DNA of 63,966 nucleotides, filler included, from Candidatus Babelota bacterium (GCA_017999075.1; 10 parts of 10 records of this genome joined end to end with filler, not necessarily neighbours in it), one strand, 5' to 3'; counted from the whole stretch's first letter, positions 41,313 to 52,656 are shown. Notes: a model not told the origin generated them from the sequence alone. Program-made: numbers and translations.

Positions 41313-43024
41313 TTGTTTTGTATTTGCGCTAAAACAGCGTCGAATATTTTGATTTTTTTTTCTTCGCTTGATTTTATTTGTTTATCAAGCGTATCGCAAA
41401 GAGTCATAAGCCGCTCGATTTTGGTTACTATACGTTTTTGCTCGGGAAGAGGCGGAAGTGGAAATAAATAATTTCTTAAAAATCCTAGTGAAACAAAACT
41501 TTGTACTGCCCCAGAAGAGATTGCTTTCATTTTTTTTTGCGTATAAAAAAAATAATAGTAAACAAATTTTGTATTTGGCGTATTATCTCGATAATATTTA
41601 AAAAGAGCAATATTTTTTATTGAAAATTCATCATTGGTATTTACAATAACCGGATTTCCAATACTACCTATCATTGCAAAAAGAATATCACCTTTTTCAA
41701 CTTTAGATCGTTCTATTGTTTTTAAATGATCCTCTTTTGAAATAAATTTTATATCATCAAAACTAAGTTTACCTGTATATAAATTTTTACTTGTAATAAG
41801 CGGGTAACCGACTTGTACATATTTGGGAGTATCATGAGTTCCATCTCTAACATCTAAAGCATCGTTTAATCTTACCCATTCCCAGCCTTTTGGCAATTCG
41901 TATGGAATTTCATTTGGTTTAATTGGCGGCAGCGGTTTAGGTTCTTTAATTTTGCCTTCTTTAATCAGACGCTTTTTTTCTGATTCAATTTCTTTTAAGA
42001 GTTCGGATGCCGGCGGGTCATTTGGGTTCTGCGGCACAAGTTTGCCTTGCATTGCAATTTGGAGTATTGCTTTTTTCAATTCCAAAATATTTTCCGAAAT
42101 AGAATATAATTTTGAAAATTGCTTAGTAATAAATTGCCAGGATTTATTAAATTCATTTGGCTGTTTTGAATTTAAAAGCCGATTTAACGCAGAAGTATGA
42201 ACTGCTAATTGTTTTTGATTGCGTTCATTTTTCTGTTTTTCTAATGTATCACATAATGCCATTAGTTGATCAATTTTTGAAACGATACGTTTCTGCTCGG
42301 TGAAGGATGGAAAAGGAATTAAGAATTTAGCAATATTTGCCATACTTAAATTTGCTCGAGCATTATCAACTTGTTTAGAAAACATATATGATAGGCAAAT
42401 AGAACTATTTAAAAAATATAACAAATAATTTAAATCTGTATATTTGCCAATATATATCAACCTAATTAAACAAACTGCTTGATTTATATTTGCAATTTCA
42501 TCTAAATCGTAATATGCCACTCGACCAATAGAAGCGCCAACAATATTCATTAATATATCGAATTTTTGTAATATTGATCTCGGTTCTATTTCATTAAATT
42601 TGTATTCGACATATTTTTTATTATTAAATTTAAGTTTAAAATTATCTACATTTTCACTTGTTATAAATAAAATCCCATTTGATGAATCTGTATAATTTAT
42701 TCCTTGCCAATTTGGCGATGAACCTTTAGTAATTAAAGCAGAAATCTCCCCCAATCTCACCCACACCCAATTCTCCGGTAATTCATACGGTATTTCCTCA
42801 TTCTTTATCTGCGGCAGCGGTTCCTGTTTTTTGATTTTTCCTTCTTTTAGTAATCTTGATTTTTCAGCTTCGATTTCTTTTAATAGTTCTTTGGCAGGCT
42901 GGTCATTTTTATTTTGCGGCGCGAGTTTACCTTTCATAGCGAGCGATAAAATCAGCCCGCGCAGTTTTTTTATGCCGTCAGGCGTTTCAAGGGCTATATC
43001 AAAACAGCGCTGTAATGAATCCAT
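41309..43024 (-). CDS. hsdS: Type I restriction-modification specificity subunit
   Basis: Two EIPYELPxxWxWVRL-TRD-PxPxxxEQKRIV repeats and conserved LAMKGKL/IAMQGKLVPQ segments. Confidence 0.95.
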   Translation of the reverse strand: MDSLQRCFDIALETPDGIKKLRGLILSLAMKGKLAPQNKNDQPAKELLKEIEAEKSRLLKEGKIKKQEPLPQIKNEEIPYELPENWVWVRLGEISALITKGSSPNWQGINYTDSSNGILFITSENVDNFKLKFNNKKYVEYKFNEIEPRSILQKFDILMNIVGASIGRVAYYDLDEIANINQAVCLIRLIYIGKYTDLNYLLYFLNSSICLSYMFSKQVDNARANLSMANIAKFLIPFPSFTEQKRIVSKIDQLMALCDTLEKQKNERNQKQLAVHTSALNRLLNSKQPNEFNKSWQFITKQFSKLYSISENILELKKAILQIAMQGKLVPQNPNDPPASELLKEIESEKKRLIKEGKIKEPKPLPPIKPNEIPYELPKGWEWVRLNDALDVRDGTHDTPKYVQVGYPLITSKNLYTGKLSFDDIKFISKEDHLKTIERSKVEKGDILFAMIGSIGNPVIVNTNDEFSIKNIALFKYYRDNTPNTKFVYYYFFYTQKKMKAISSGAVQSFVSLGFLRNYLFPLPPLPEQKRIVTKIERLMTLCDTLDKQIKSSEEKKIKIFDAVLAQIQNK

Positions 43025-44472
43025 TACTTTCCTCCAAGCGCCTGCATCAATTCTTTTTTCAACAGCTCGCGTGTTGAAATAAGTTGTTTTGATAATTCTT
43101 CATATTCAGCCATCAGCGTTTCAGGGTCGCCGTATTCGATTTCAACAATATGCGGATTTTTGAAATCGAGATTATAATTTTTTTCTTCAATTTCTTTTGC
43201 AGTAACTTTCCAGGCATATTCATTTGTTTTCCGTTTATTCCACCATTTTTTTTCGCGTTCAAATTCTTCAATAGTCAAGGGATTACGGCGCGAATAAGAT
43301 TTATAACCTTCAGGATATGGATGCTCAAAAAACCATACGAATTTAGTAGGTCCGCATTTATCGAAAAATAAAATATTAGTGTTAATGTTTGTATATGGAC
43401 TGAATACGCTTTTCGGCAGACGAACGATTGTATGCAGATTAAAATCCTCAAGCAGTTCCTTTTTCAAAGTTGTTTTCACGCCCTCGCCAAACAGAAAACC
43501 GTCAGGCAGGACAACAGCGGCGCGGCCTGTATCCTGTTTCAATCGATGCATAATAAGCACCATAAATAAATCCGCGGTTTCGCGCGTTCTGTATTTCAAG
43601 GGAAAATTATTTTCAATGCCGTCTTCTTCCATACCGCCAAAAGGCGGATTTGTAATCACAATATCAACCCTGTCCTTTGGTCCGTAATCTTTGAGCGGTC
43701 TGCTCAATGTATTATCGTGTTGAATATTATTTGGCACATCAATTCCGTGAAGCATCATATTTGTAACTGCAAGCATATGCGGCAGCGGCTTTTTTTCAAC
43801 GCCAAAAATTGCAGCGGTTAGAATATCGTTGTCATTTCCTGTTTTAATCTGTTTTTTCAAATGTTCAATTGTATTTGTTAAAAAACCGCCGGTTCCGCAG
43901 GCAGGGTCAAGCACAGATTCGCCTAATTGCGGGTTAATGATATCAACCATAAATTGCGTGACTGCGCGCGGTGTATAGTATTCTCCGGCATTGCCGGCAG
44001 ACTGCAGGTCAGCGAGTATTTTTTCATAAATATCATTGAAAAGATGACGGTCATCTGAAGAATTAAAATCAAGATCATTCTGGATTGTATTTATAACCTG
44101 CCTGAGCAGAATCCCTGATTTCATATAATTATATGCGTCTTCAAATATACTGCCTACAACTTTACCCTGCGCCGATACTCCGGCTGAAGTTGCCAGTCTT
44201 TTTAATGCTGGAAAAAGATCGTTATTGACAAAATCAATCAGTTCATCTCCAGTCATACCTTCAGCATTTGCAGCCCAATTTGTCCATTGAAACCGCGATT
44301 GCAGCGGCGATTTATAATTATTGACAGTAATCTTCCATTCTTTTTCTTTATCATCGAATATTTTTAAAAACAAAAGCCAGACCATCTGGCTTATACGCTG
44401 GGCGTCGCCGTCAACGCCGACATCCTTTCGCATTATATCCTGAATAGTTTTAATCAATGTGTTAATTGGCAT
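43024..44472 (-). CDS. hsdM: Type I restriction-modification m6A methyltransferase subunit
   Basis: IQDIMRKDVGVDGDAQR, GEYYTPR, DPACGTGG and TNPPFG. Confidence 0.96.
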   Translation of the reverse strand: MPINTLIKTIQDIMRKDVGVDGDAQRISQMVWLLFLKIFDDKEKEWKITVNNYKSPLQSRFQWTNWAANAEGMTGDELIDFVNNDLFPALKRLATSAGVSAQGKVVGSIFEDAYNYMKSGILLRQVINTIQNDLDFNSSDDRHLFNDIYEKILADLQSAGNAGEYYTPRAVTQFMVDIINPQLGESVLDPACGTGGFLTNTIEHLKKQIKTGNDNDILTAAIFGVEKKPLPHMLAVTNMMLHGIDVPNNIQHDNTLSRPLKDYGPKDRVDIVITNPPFGGMEEDGIENNFPLKYRTRETADLFMVLIMHRLKQDTGRAAVVLPDGFLFGEGVKTTLKKELLEDFNLHTIVRLPKSVFSPYTNINTNILFFDKCGPTKFVWFFEHPYPEGYKSYSRRNPLTIEEFEREKKWWNKRKTNEYAWKVTAKEIEEKNYNLDFKNPHIVEIEYGDPETLMAEYEELSKQLISTRELLKKELMQALGGK

Positions 44473-44497
44473 TTATTATTCCCCGTTTTTTTTGAAA

Positions 44498-45564
44498 TTA
44501 TGCGCTGTATAGCGCTTTTTCCAAATCTAAAATTGCCTGATTATAGTTATCCAGACCGCCAAAATTTTTTATTATTTCAATAGGAGTTCCGAAGCCGGTA
44601 AATGGAGTAATCGTTAATATTTTGGTTTCTTCAATATGCTCAATTCCTTCGTCGGCATATTTATCAAGCAGCGCATCCAATACTTTCCGCGCAGGTTCGC
44701 TGTATTTAGTGAAATAATTTTTTTTCTTAACATTTTCAGCGCGTTCTTTACGCGTCAAAGGCGGCATATCCCAGACAATATGGCAGATAATATCAAAAGG
44801 GTCAAGAATTTTCCCGATTTCTTCTGATAATGCTTCAAAGAAAACGCCTTGATTGGCAAGTTCTTCTATTATCGCCCGCTTTTTCTCTGTATTATTCCAT
44901 CTTGTTAAAAAATCATTAAGCGTAGAATATTCTTTGTTAAGCGTTTTCTTAGTGTAATCTTTTAGCGATTCTGTTATCAATCTTCCGTTTGCATCAAAAT
45001 ATTGAACGCGCTCGGAAACCACAGAAACCTCAACATTATTAACATAATATTTTCTGATTTTATTTTCAGATTCAAAAGGATTTTCATTCGTAAAATTATT
45101 TTCCTGAATTCCGGTTTCAGTTTGATTGTTATTATCTTCAGGATTTATATTTTCAGAATTATTGTTTTGATTGTTTTGATTATCAATATTATTCAAATCA
45201 GTTTCGTCCGGCGGCACAGGCGATTCGCCTTGTTTTGGAACATATATCATAACAGGGGCGCCGTCAAAGTCAGGGTCTGCAAATAATTCAGTGGCTTTTT
45301 TAAAATCAATTATAGTAAAATAAAATTTATTGTAATCTTCATTAATTCTTGTGCCTCTGCCGATTATTTGTTTGAATTCAGTCATTGATTGAATCCGCTG
45401 GTCAAGCACTATCAATTTACAGGTTTGCGCATCTACACCGGTAGTCATCAATTTTGAAGTAGTCGCAATAACAGGGTAGCGCGATTCAGGAAAAATAAAA
45501 TTATCGAGCTCAATTTTACCTTCTTCATTATCGCCGGTAATACGCATAACATATTTTGAATTCT
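44498..45564 (-). CDS. hsdR: Type I restriction enzyme R subunit (EcoEI/EcoAI-like C-terminus), 5'-truncated
   Basis: IATTSKLMTTGVDAQTCKLIVLD, SMTEFKQIIGRGTR, FADPDFDG, DPFDIICH and PLTRKERA. Confidence 0.93.
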
Positions 45565-45664
45565 NNNNNNNNNNNNNNNNNNNNNNNNNNNNNNNNNNNN
45601 NNNNNNNNTTAATTAATTAANNNNNNNNNNNNNNNNNNNNNNNNNNNNNNNNNNNNNNNNNNNN

Positions 45665-46733
45665 ATTCTAAACTGTACGGTATAAAAAATAATATAAATG
45701 ATATTATTGTTGCTGCTTTAAAAATTTCTTTATTAAATAAATTATTTATAAAAACATGGGAGTGCATCAAAGTTAAAATGAATGTCATGAATATGAATAA
45801 AATTAAAATATAATTACTTGATTTAAAGATATATTTTTTTAAATATAGAAATCCTCTCAGTCCAAATGTTAAAAAACAAAATAACATTATAATTATATAC
45901 TCAAAAGAAATAACGTTTGAATATATTAAAGTATCAACTGATAATTTATGATATATTTTTGATAAAAATAAAATCGGCAAATTGACAATTGCAAAAACAG
46001 GCAATAATATCAGCATAATAAACAAATGCAGGGAAAGCCATGAACAATTTTCTGAACATAAATTTTCAGGTTGTAAAAAAATACATAAAAATATCTTTAT
46101 TATAAAAAACATTATTATTATTATTGTTAAATAAACGAATATTCTCATAAAATCAAAATGAAAACTGAAATTAAAAAAATAATTCAACGACAGAAATAGG
46201 GATAATATGACAAAATTTTTTAACTTTGCCGCTTCAAAAAAAAATATGTAAGAATAGTTAAGAATAAATCCTGAAAATATTATCAAAGAAAAATAATTAT
46301 AATTTATTTTTATTAACGGCATCGCTGTCAGCAATAAAAAAAATATTATAGAAACATAAGAATTGAATTTACTTCCCACTTTTTTTAAAAACATTTTGTA
46401 ACCGGCTATAAAAATAAAAGAGTTTAAGCAATAAATAATAAATATATAACAATATTTAAACGGAATTCTTAAATATTCAAGCAAAGGATACAAATATGAC
46501 AATAAGATATTATGTATTGTGAAAATACCTGAGCTCAATTTTTCTTCGGTAAATAGCGTCAAAAACTTTGATTTATTTATTAATATACCATTTGAAACAA
46601 TATCTGCTGCAGTTTTATATGAAATACGGTTTTCAGTTGAAGAGAAAAATATATTTCGTTTAAATATAAGTTCAGGATAAAAAAATATGAAAAAAAACAA
46701 TGCTATACAAAATAATTTCAGAATATCTTTCAT
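45665..46733 (-). CDS. Polytopic membrane protein (probable GT-C/YfhO-like paralogue), 3'-truncated
   Basis: Many hydrophobic segments; ATG at 46733 overlaps the upstream stop (TGATG); the segment LLEYLRIPFKYCY resembles LFSLNQIPFKYLF in the upstream protein. Confidence 0.6.
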
Positions 46734-48841
46734 CAAATATTTTTCCATATAAAATATTTTGCAAATATGTAACAACCCAATAAAAATGTAGCTATATAAT
46801 TAATGACTATAAACAATTTCAAAATATTATCCTGATATTCGATTTCAACAATATTATTTCCAGCAGGCAGGTTAAAACCCATAAAATATCGGAAAATTTT
46901 ATAAATTTCAGCTTTCACTCCATTTATTTTCAAAGTCCATTTTGAATCAAAAGGCTGATTAAAAAATACAATATTTTGTTGTTCAGCAACTGATTTAATC
47001 ATAAATTTATCCGCATTAATTTTCAATATTTCTATGACTGCTTGGTGGTTTTCAGGAATACTTACATCCTGGTTAATAAAACCTTCAAAAATAAGCTTAT
47101 TATTATTTTCAATTGTTTTAAATGGAAAAACAATAAATTTTTTATTAAAATATTTCTGATAATAGGAATAATCTTTTTCAATTAAAATTGATTCTGTAAT
47201 TTTTAATTTAAAATTATGATAAGGAGACTGTGAATCGTTTTTTTTAACCGGAAAATAATTTTTTTTATGAACAAAAACATCGGTATATGAATATATTTCA
47301 GGATAATTTTCAGTATGATTTTTCGGCTCATCAATCGTATATATTGTATTATCAAAATGATGGTTGGATTCTATTGCAGCGCAAGTTGTCTGCGGCAATT
47401 TTTTAAGTGACTCAAAAGGATAATCATCTTTAAATATTGAAATAAACAATATTTCAAAAATTAAAATAAACAAAACAATAATTTTAGCAGTTATAATTTT
47501 ATTGCACATGCATTTAACAAAAAACAAATAAGAAAGACCTGTTATAAAAAGGTAATAAATCAATATATATTTTAAAGAACTTAATTTCCCTTCAGAATTA
47601 AGAAAAAATAATCCGATTATAATAAATATTAATATAAAAATGATTATATTCATGATTTTTCTTACATTTTTAAATGAGTATTGATGACGGTTATTTATAA
47701 AAAAATCAAGATAATAGCAAAATGGCACAACAAAAATTATAGTAGAATAGTGTATAAGATATCCGCTCCACCTCTGAAGCTGAATGTTAGGAATCAACCA
47801 GCTGAAAAAATTATAAACGGATGAAGATGAATTTTTTAAAATAAAAATTGTTGAAGGAACTATTATAATCGAATAAAAAACAGGGGTATATTTAGAATAC
47901 TGTTTCAAAAATAATCCGACCATAATAATAATTATTGCAAACCAGCCAATATATAAACCATTTAAATTCGACGGCAGCATAAATTTAAAATATTCATAAT
48001 TAATATTATCAAATGATAATTCTTTGGAATCCATAAAACTGCGCGGCATATCAAATTTTTTTATGTAACTGAAATAAATGTATAAATTAGGAAATAATAT
48101 AATGCCTGAGGATAATAAAACGAGTATTACAAATATTTTGTTGTTTTTAAAAAAACAGATTATATTATTAAAATTAATCATTCCAAAATACATTGAAATT
48201 AAACTTCCGATGATAATTGAAATGCCGCAAAAGTACATTGACGCCGAATCTATAAGCGAATAATGAAACATTAAAGCTGTAAGCAATATTAATATTATAA
48301 AATTTTTTTTAGATTGGCCGTTATAAAAAAAGTCAAAAACTGAATTAATAAAAAAACCAAAAAAAATTGTCGAAGGAGTATAATCCAAATCCGCAGAATA
48401 AAAACCGAATAATGTCAAAAATATAAAACAATAAATCAAAATCTGTCTGTCCCGGGTAAATCTTCTAAGTATTAAATAAAAACCTGCTGTTAAAAACAAA
48501 TTATTAAAAAATCTGTAAAATAATAAAAAAAGGTATTTAAACGGAATCTGATTCAAAGAAAATAACTTAACTGTAAAACCCAGTATTAAATTTTGTATAG
48601 AATAAATTCCAAGCCAAGTATGGTAAATTGCTGAAGGCTCGCCACAATTTTTTTCTGCTGCAAAAAAAGGAATATGCATTTTACTGAAATTGTCAACTGC
48701 ATAATAAAACAGGTTATAAACCCTTAACGGATCATCGCCTATATAAAATAATGACTTGTTAAAATACAAATCATTATGAATAACAATGTAGATTCCCAGC
48801 AGTATTATATTTAAAGCAAATAATCTTATGATGATTTTCAT
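46733..48841 (-). CDS. YfhO-family polytopic membrane protein (GT-C glycosyltransferase-like)
   Basis: About a dozen hydrophobic segments and a C-terminal QPFDSKWTLKINGVKAEI...FMGFNLPAGNNIVEIEY plus final TM, typical of YfhO. Confidence 0.75.
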   Translation of the reverse strand: MKIIIRLFALNIILLGIYIVIHNDLYFNKSLFYIGDDPLRVYNLFYYAVDNFSKMHIPFFAAEKNCGEPSAIYHTWLGIYSIQNLILGFTVKLFSLNQIPFKYLFLLFYRFFNNLFLTAGFYLILRRFTRDRQILIYCFIFLTLFGFYSADLDYTPSTIFFGFFINSVFDFFYNGQSKKNFIILILLTALMFHYSLIDSASMYFCGISIIIGSLISMYFGMINFNNIICFFKNNKIFVILVLLSSGIILFPNLYIYFSYIKKFDMPRSFMDSKELSFDNINYEYFKFMLPSNLNGLYIGWFAIIIIMVGLFLKQYSKYTPVFYSIIIVPSTIFILKNSSSSVYNFFSWLIPNIQLQRWSGYLIHYSTIIFVVPFCYYLDFFINNRHQYSFKNVRKIMNIIIFILIFIIIGLFFLNSEGKLSSLKYILIYYLFITGLSYLFFVKCMCNKIITAKIIVLFILIFEILFISIFKDDYPFESLKKLPQTTCAAIESNHHFDNTIYTIDEPKNHTENYPEIYSYTDVFVHKKNYFPVKKNDSQSPYHNFKLKITESILIEKDYSYYQKYFNKKFIVFPFKTIENNNKLIFEGFINQDVSIPENHQAVIEILKINADKFMIKSVAEQQNIVFFNQPFDSKWTLKINGVKAEIYKIFRYFMGFNLPAGNNIVEIEYQDNILKLFIVINYIATFLLGCYIFAKYFIWKNI

Positions 48842-48938
48842 TGAAAATATTATTTTAAAAAAATAAAAAAAGACAAGGAAATAATATATTGCTGAATACC
48901 CTGATTTTATTAATCGGACATTAAATTAATGAATGAGT

Positions 48939-51671
48939 TTATTTCAAAAGATGAGTCATCAAATTTATAAAAACATTTTTATCTACTGGTTTGGTCAGAT
49001 ATTCATCAATTCCTGCATTAAACCCTTTTATTTTATCAACTTTATCATTTAACGCAGAAATCATTATTATTGGAATTCTCAAATAATCTTTCATTGTTCT
49101 AATATTGGCAGACAGTTCATAACCGTTCATTCCCGGCATTAACACATCAACAGTTACAAGAGAATATCTGTTTTTTTTCAATAATATTAGAGCTTCTTCT
49201 CCTGAAACAGCTTCATCTGCATAATACCCCGCATCTTCAATATAATTTTTTAACATTGATCTTATGGGCTTTGAATCATCTACTACTAAAATTTTTTTTC
49301 TTTCGATTACAGATGGTTTTGGGTGTTTATCAAAATTGTTTATCCCAATTTTTTTTGATTTTCCGATTTTCAAAGGTTTTCCAGATTCATACATTTTATC
49401 TGAAGATAATATTTGTTCAATATCAAGAATAAGACAAACGCCTCCGTCGCCCATTATTGTGGCACCGGATATAAATTTAATTTTCTTAAATAATGTCCCG
49501 AGATTTTTTATAACTACTTCCTGCTGCTGAACCAGTTCATCTACAATCAGGCCTACTTCTTCTGCCCCTAAACCTACTATTACAACGAAAAAATTTTCCC
49601 TGTTTTCATCGTAGTCAGGAGAATTTAAAACCATTCCAAGCCTTATGATCGGAACAACTTCTCCGCGAAGATTAAAAACTTCTTTGCCGCTGACATATCT
49701 GATATTTTCAAGTTTTAACGATATTGTTTCTTTAATAGAACTCAACGGTATGGCAATTATGTCTGATCCTACTTTTACAGATAAAACATTTATTATAGCC
49801 ATAGTTAAAGGCAATCTTAATTTTATAGTAGTTCCTTCATTTATCTCAGAAAAAACTTCGATCCTGCCCTTAAGTTTAGTTAATACATCCTGCACAACAT
49901 CCATTCCTACTCCGCGACCGGAAACATTTGTAACGGCGTCTGCTGTTGAAAATCCGGCTTTAAAAATAAGCTTATGCGCATCCTGTTTCGACATTTCCTG
50001 AGCCTGAACCGGAGCTATCATACCTTTTTCTACTGCTTTTTTCTTTACTTTTTCAACATCTATTCCTTGTCCATCATCTTTCAGCTCAATTATTACCTGT
50101 TCCCCTTCATAATAAGCTTTCAGTTTCATTATTCCCTTAGCCGGTTTATTTTTAGCAAGTCTGACTTCAGGAAGTTCTATCCCGTGATCCAATGAATTAC
50201 GTATAAGATGAACTAATGGATCTCCTATTACTTCTACTATAACTTTATCAACTTCGGTTTCTGCGCCTTCAATTATCAGATCAATATCTTTATTTAATGT
50301 TTTAGATAAATCTCTCACAAGTCTGTTATATCTGTTAAATACAGATGAGAGAGGCACTAATCTCGTTTTTAAAATCGCTTGCTGAATATTTGAAGTCAAT
50401 CTGCCAAGAGTAGTATTGGCTAATTCTATTTTTGTTATCCGTTCTCCAAAACCTCTGTATGTTTTATTAAATCTGTTGATAATTGCCATAATTCTGTCAA
50501 AATCCGGAGTTTCAGTATACTGAGCATTGATTTCTCCCAGTTCAGAATAAAATTGTTTCAGATGCTGGAATCCGTTTTCTATCATTATTTTCGTAATAAC
50601 AAGTTCTCCAGCCATATTCATTAATGTATCTAGTTTTTCAGCTTCTACACGCAATATTTTTTTTTCTTCGCTTACCGGTTGTGGCGAGTTCGGCCGAGAG
50701 TCGGATGCATCTTTAATATTTTGCATAGCATCTGTTTTCTTCGGAATACCTGCGCTATTTTTTTTCTGCGTCTCAGTATTTATTTTTTCAGATGAACCGT
50801 TTTCGGGTTCATTATTGCTTTTTTTTTCATTAGTTTTTATTTTTTTGTCATTTTCTACAGCAGTATTTATTGGAAGATTTTTCACCTCATTGCTCAAATA
50901 TTGAATCTGCTTATTTTCATTAATATTATCAAGCCTGCTTATTAAATTTCCAATATTTACATTTATTACATCGCTTATTTTTAATTGATTGCAGCAATAT
51001 TTTAAAACATCAAGACATTCAAACATCAAATCAACTATATCAGGAGTGAGTGTTAAAATATTATTTCTTATTTTGTCAAGAATATTTTCTGATCTATGGC
51101 TTATAACCTGAATTGCTTCATACTGTATTGTACCTGCGCCGCCTTTCAAAGTATGCATGGCGCGAAACAAACGGTTTAATACTTCAATATCCTCGCCATC
51201 TTCAAGCTTAAGCAAATCTTCTTCTATTTTTTCAATAAACTCCTCGGCTTCAAGTAGAAAATCAGAAATATATTCTTTAATTTCATCTGAAATAATATTA
51301 GTATCAAAAGTCAGCGAATATTCAGAAAAATTTCCACTGCCTGAATCAAAAAAATTAATACTTTTTTCATCACATACAATTTCCTGAGGTCTAAATAAAT
51401 CAAGTTTTGTAAAAACCATTTCAGATTGTTCTTTTAATAAATTTTCCGTAATAACTCCAAGATTCGACGCTATCGAAAAAAAATCTTTGAATAATTCATT
51501 AATAAATTCAAATTCTTGTTCTGTAACATTGATAATATTTTTAATAATAAACCTAACAAGTCCGCATAATTTTAAATATTCTGAGTTTGAAGTTTTATTT
51601 TCAAAATCAGCTAATCTTCTTAAAAAATTATCCGAATTTTCAATCAAATCTTCTCTGCTTTCAAATTTCAT
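48939..51671 (-). CDS. cheA: Chemotaxis histidine kinase CheA with fused C-terminal receiver domain
   Basis: HPT LFRAMHTLKG, LRVEAEKLDTLMNMAGELVI, HLIRNSLDHG, SGRGVGMDVV, CheW domain and REC ILVVDDS...VDVLMPGMNG...KP. Confidence 0.95.
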   Translation of the reverse strand: MKFESREDLIENSDNFLRRLADFENKTSNSEYLKLCGLVRFIIKNIINVTEQEFEFINELFKDFFSIASNLGVITENLLKEQSEMVFTKLDLFRPQEIVCDEKSINFFDSGSGNFSEYSLTFDTNIISDEIKEYISDFLLEAEEFIEKIEEDLLKLEDGEDIEVLNRLFRAMHTLKGGAGTIQYEAIQVISHRSENILDKIRNNILTLTPDIVDLMFECLDVLKYCCNQLKISDVINVNIGNLISRLDNINENKQIQYLSNEVKNLPINTAVENDKKIKTNEKKSNNEPENGSSEKINTETQKKNSAGIPKKTDAMQNIKDASDSRPNSPQPVSEEKKILRVEAEKLDTLMNMAGELVITKIMIENGFQHLKQFYSELGEINAQYTETPDFDRIMAIINRFNKTYRGFGERITKIELANTTLGRLTSNIQQAILKTRLVPLSSVFNRYNRLVRDLSKTLNKDIDLIIEGAETEVDKVIVEVIGDPLVHLIRNSLDHGIELPEVRLAKNKPAKGIMKLKAYYEGEQVIIELKDDGQGIDVEKVKKKAVEKGMIAPVQAQEMSKQDAHKLIFKAGFSTADAVTNVSGRGVGMDVVQDVLTKLKGRIEVFSEINEGTTIKLRLPLTMAIINVLSVKVGSDIIAIPLSSIKETISLKLENIRYVSGKEVFNLRGEVVPIIRLGMVLNSPDYDENRENFFVVIVGLGAEEVGLIVDELVQQQEVVIKNLGTLFKKIKFISGATIMGDGGVCLILDIEQILSSDKMYESGKPLKIGKSKKIGINNFDKHPKPSVIERKKILVVDDSKPIRSMLKNYIEDAGYYADEAVSGEEALILLKKNRYSLVTVDVLMPGMNGYELSANIRTMKDYLRIPIIMISALNDKVDKIKGFNAGIDEYLTKPVDKNVFINLMTHLLK

Positions 51672-51744
51672 AATTCAATCAAATCCTTAAAAAATTTTAT
51701 TTACATTCCATTCCATTTTTTTATGTTTTGTTAATAATATCATT

Positions 51745-52046
51745 TTAATAAAATATGTTCTCTGGTATATTTTTTCTTGTCAAAAAATCTTCTACTGTTT
51801 TTTTAGCATTAAAAATTTTTAATTTAATTTTATACGATGCGCATAAATCTATAAACCTCTTTAAAAAATCTGCGCATAAAGAATCCATATATTCAAGTTC
51901 TTTAGCATCAATTCTTATTCCGCTAAAACCAAAATTCAATAAATTAATTAATTGTTTTTTAAACAATTTAATTTCATTTTCATCATTATAAATCTTATCC
52001 AGCAGAAGATAATTCGAACGTTTTACAGAACCGGTTCCAATCAAAA
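51745..52046 (-). CDS. STAS-domain protein, 5'-truncated
   Basis: IRIDAKELEYMDSLCADFL...LKIFN STAS pattern; upstream of cheA on the same strand. Confidence 0.65.
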
Positions 52047-52146
52047 NNNNNNNNNNNNNNNNNNNNNNNNNNNNNNNNNNNNNNNNNNNNTTAATTAATT
52101 AANNNNNNNNNNNNNNNNNNNNNNNNNNNNNNNNNNNNNNNNNNNN

Positions 52147-52478
52147 GGACACATTTCTACACACGCTCCGCAACTATGACACATATTGGGAAAAAATAAA
52201 ACTTTCCCCATTTTTTTGAAAAAAGCAAAAGAATGGAAATTGCATATTTCAGCGCATTTTCCGCATTTTATACAACGCGATTCATCAATTTGCGGAATCA
52301 TTACTTTTACATCAAATACGTCTTCAATATTTGATTTCAAAAATAGTTCATCATTCGGCGCTTCAACATCGCAATCATATAAAGTTACATCCATTATTTC
52401 GCTTAATATTAATGCAAGGTTAATTGCAACTGTTGTTTTACCTGTGCCGCCTTTACCGCTGGCTATCGCTATTTTCAA
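52147..52478 (-). CDS. MinD/CobQ-like P-loop ATPase with inserted 4Fe-4S ferredoxin (COG1149-like), 3'-truncated
   Basis: IAIASGKGGTGKTT, DCDVEAPN, CIKCGKCAEIC and CHSCGAC; TTG start behind AAGGAG. Confidence 0.9.
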
Positions 52479-52499
52479 TTTTGTCTCCTTAATAATTTT

Positions 52500-52649
52500 G
52501 CCACAAAGTCACCAAGACTCTAAGTTAATTTTTTCCCTTGAATCTTCAAGTCTTCGATGTTATTTTATAAAACCTTTTTTTATTCTATACATTCATTTAA
52601 TATCATATCAATCTTTATTTAATTCTTCGAGCCTTTGCGCCTTCGTGGC
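52500..52649. repeat. Intergenic element bounded by imperfect 25-bp inverted repeats (REP/MITE-like)
   Basis: gccacaaagtcaccaagactctaag (52500-52524) versus cttcgagcctttgcgccttcgtggc (52625-52649), 19 of 25 positions complementary. Confidence 0.6.
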
Positions 52650-52656
52650 TATACAA

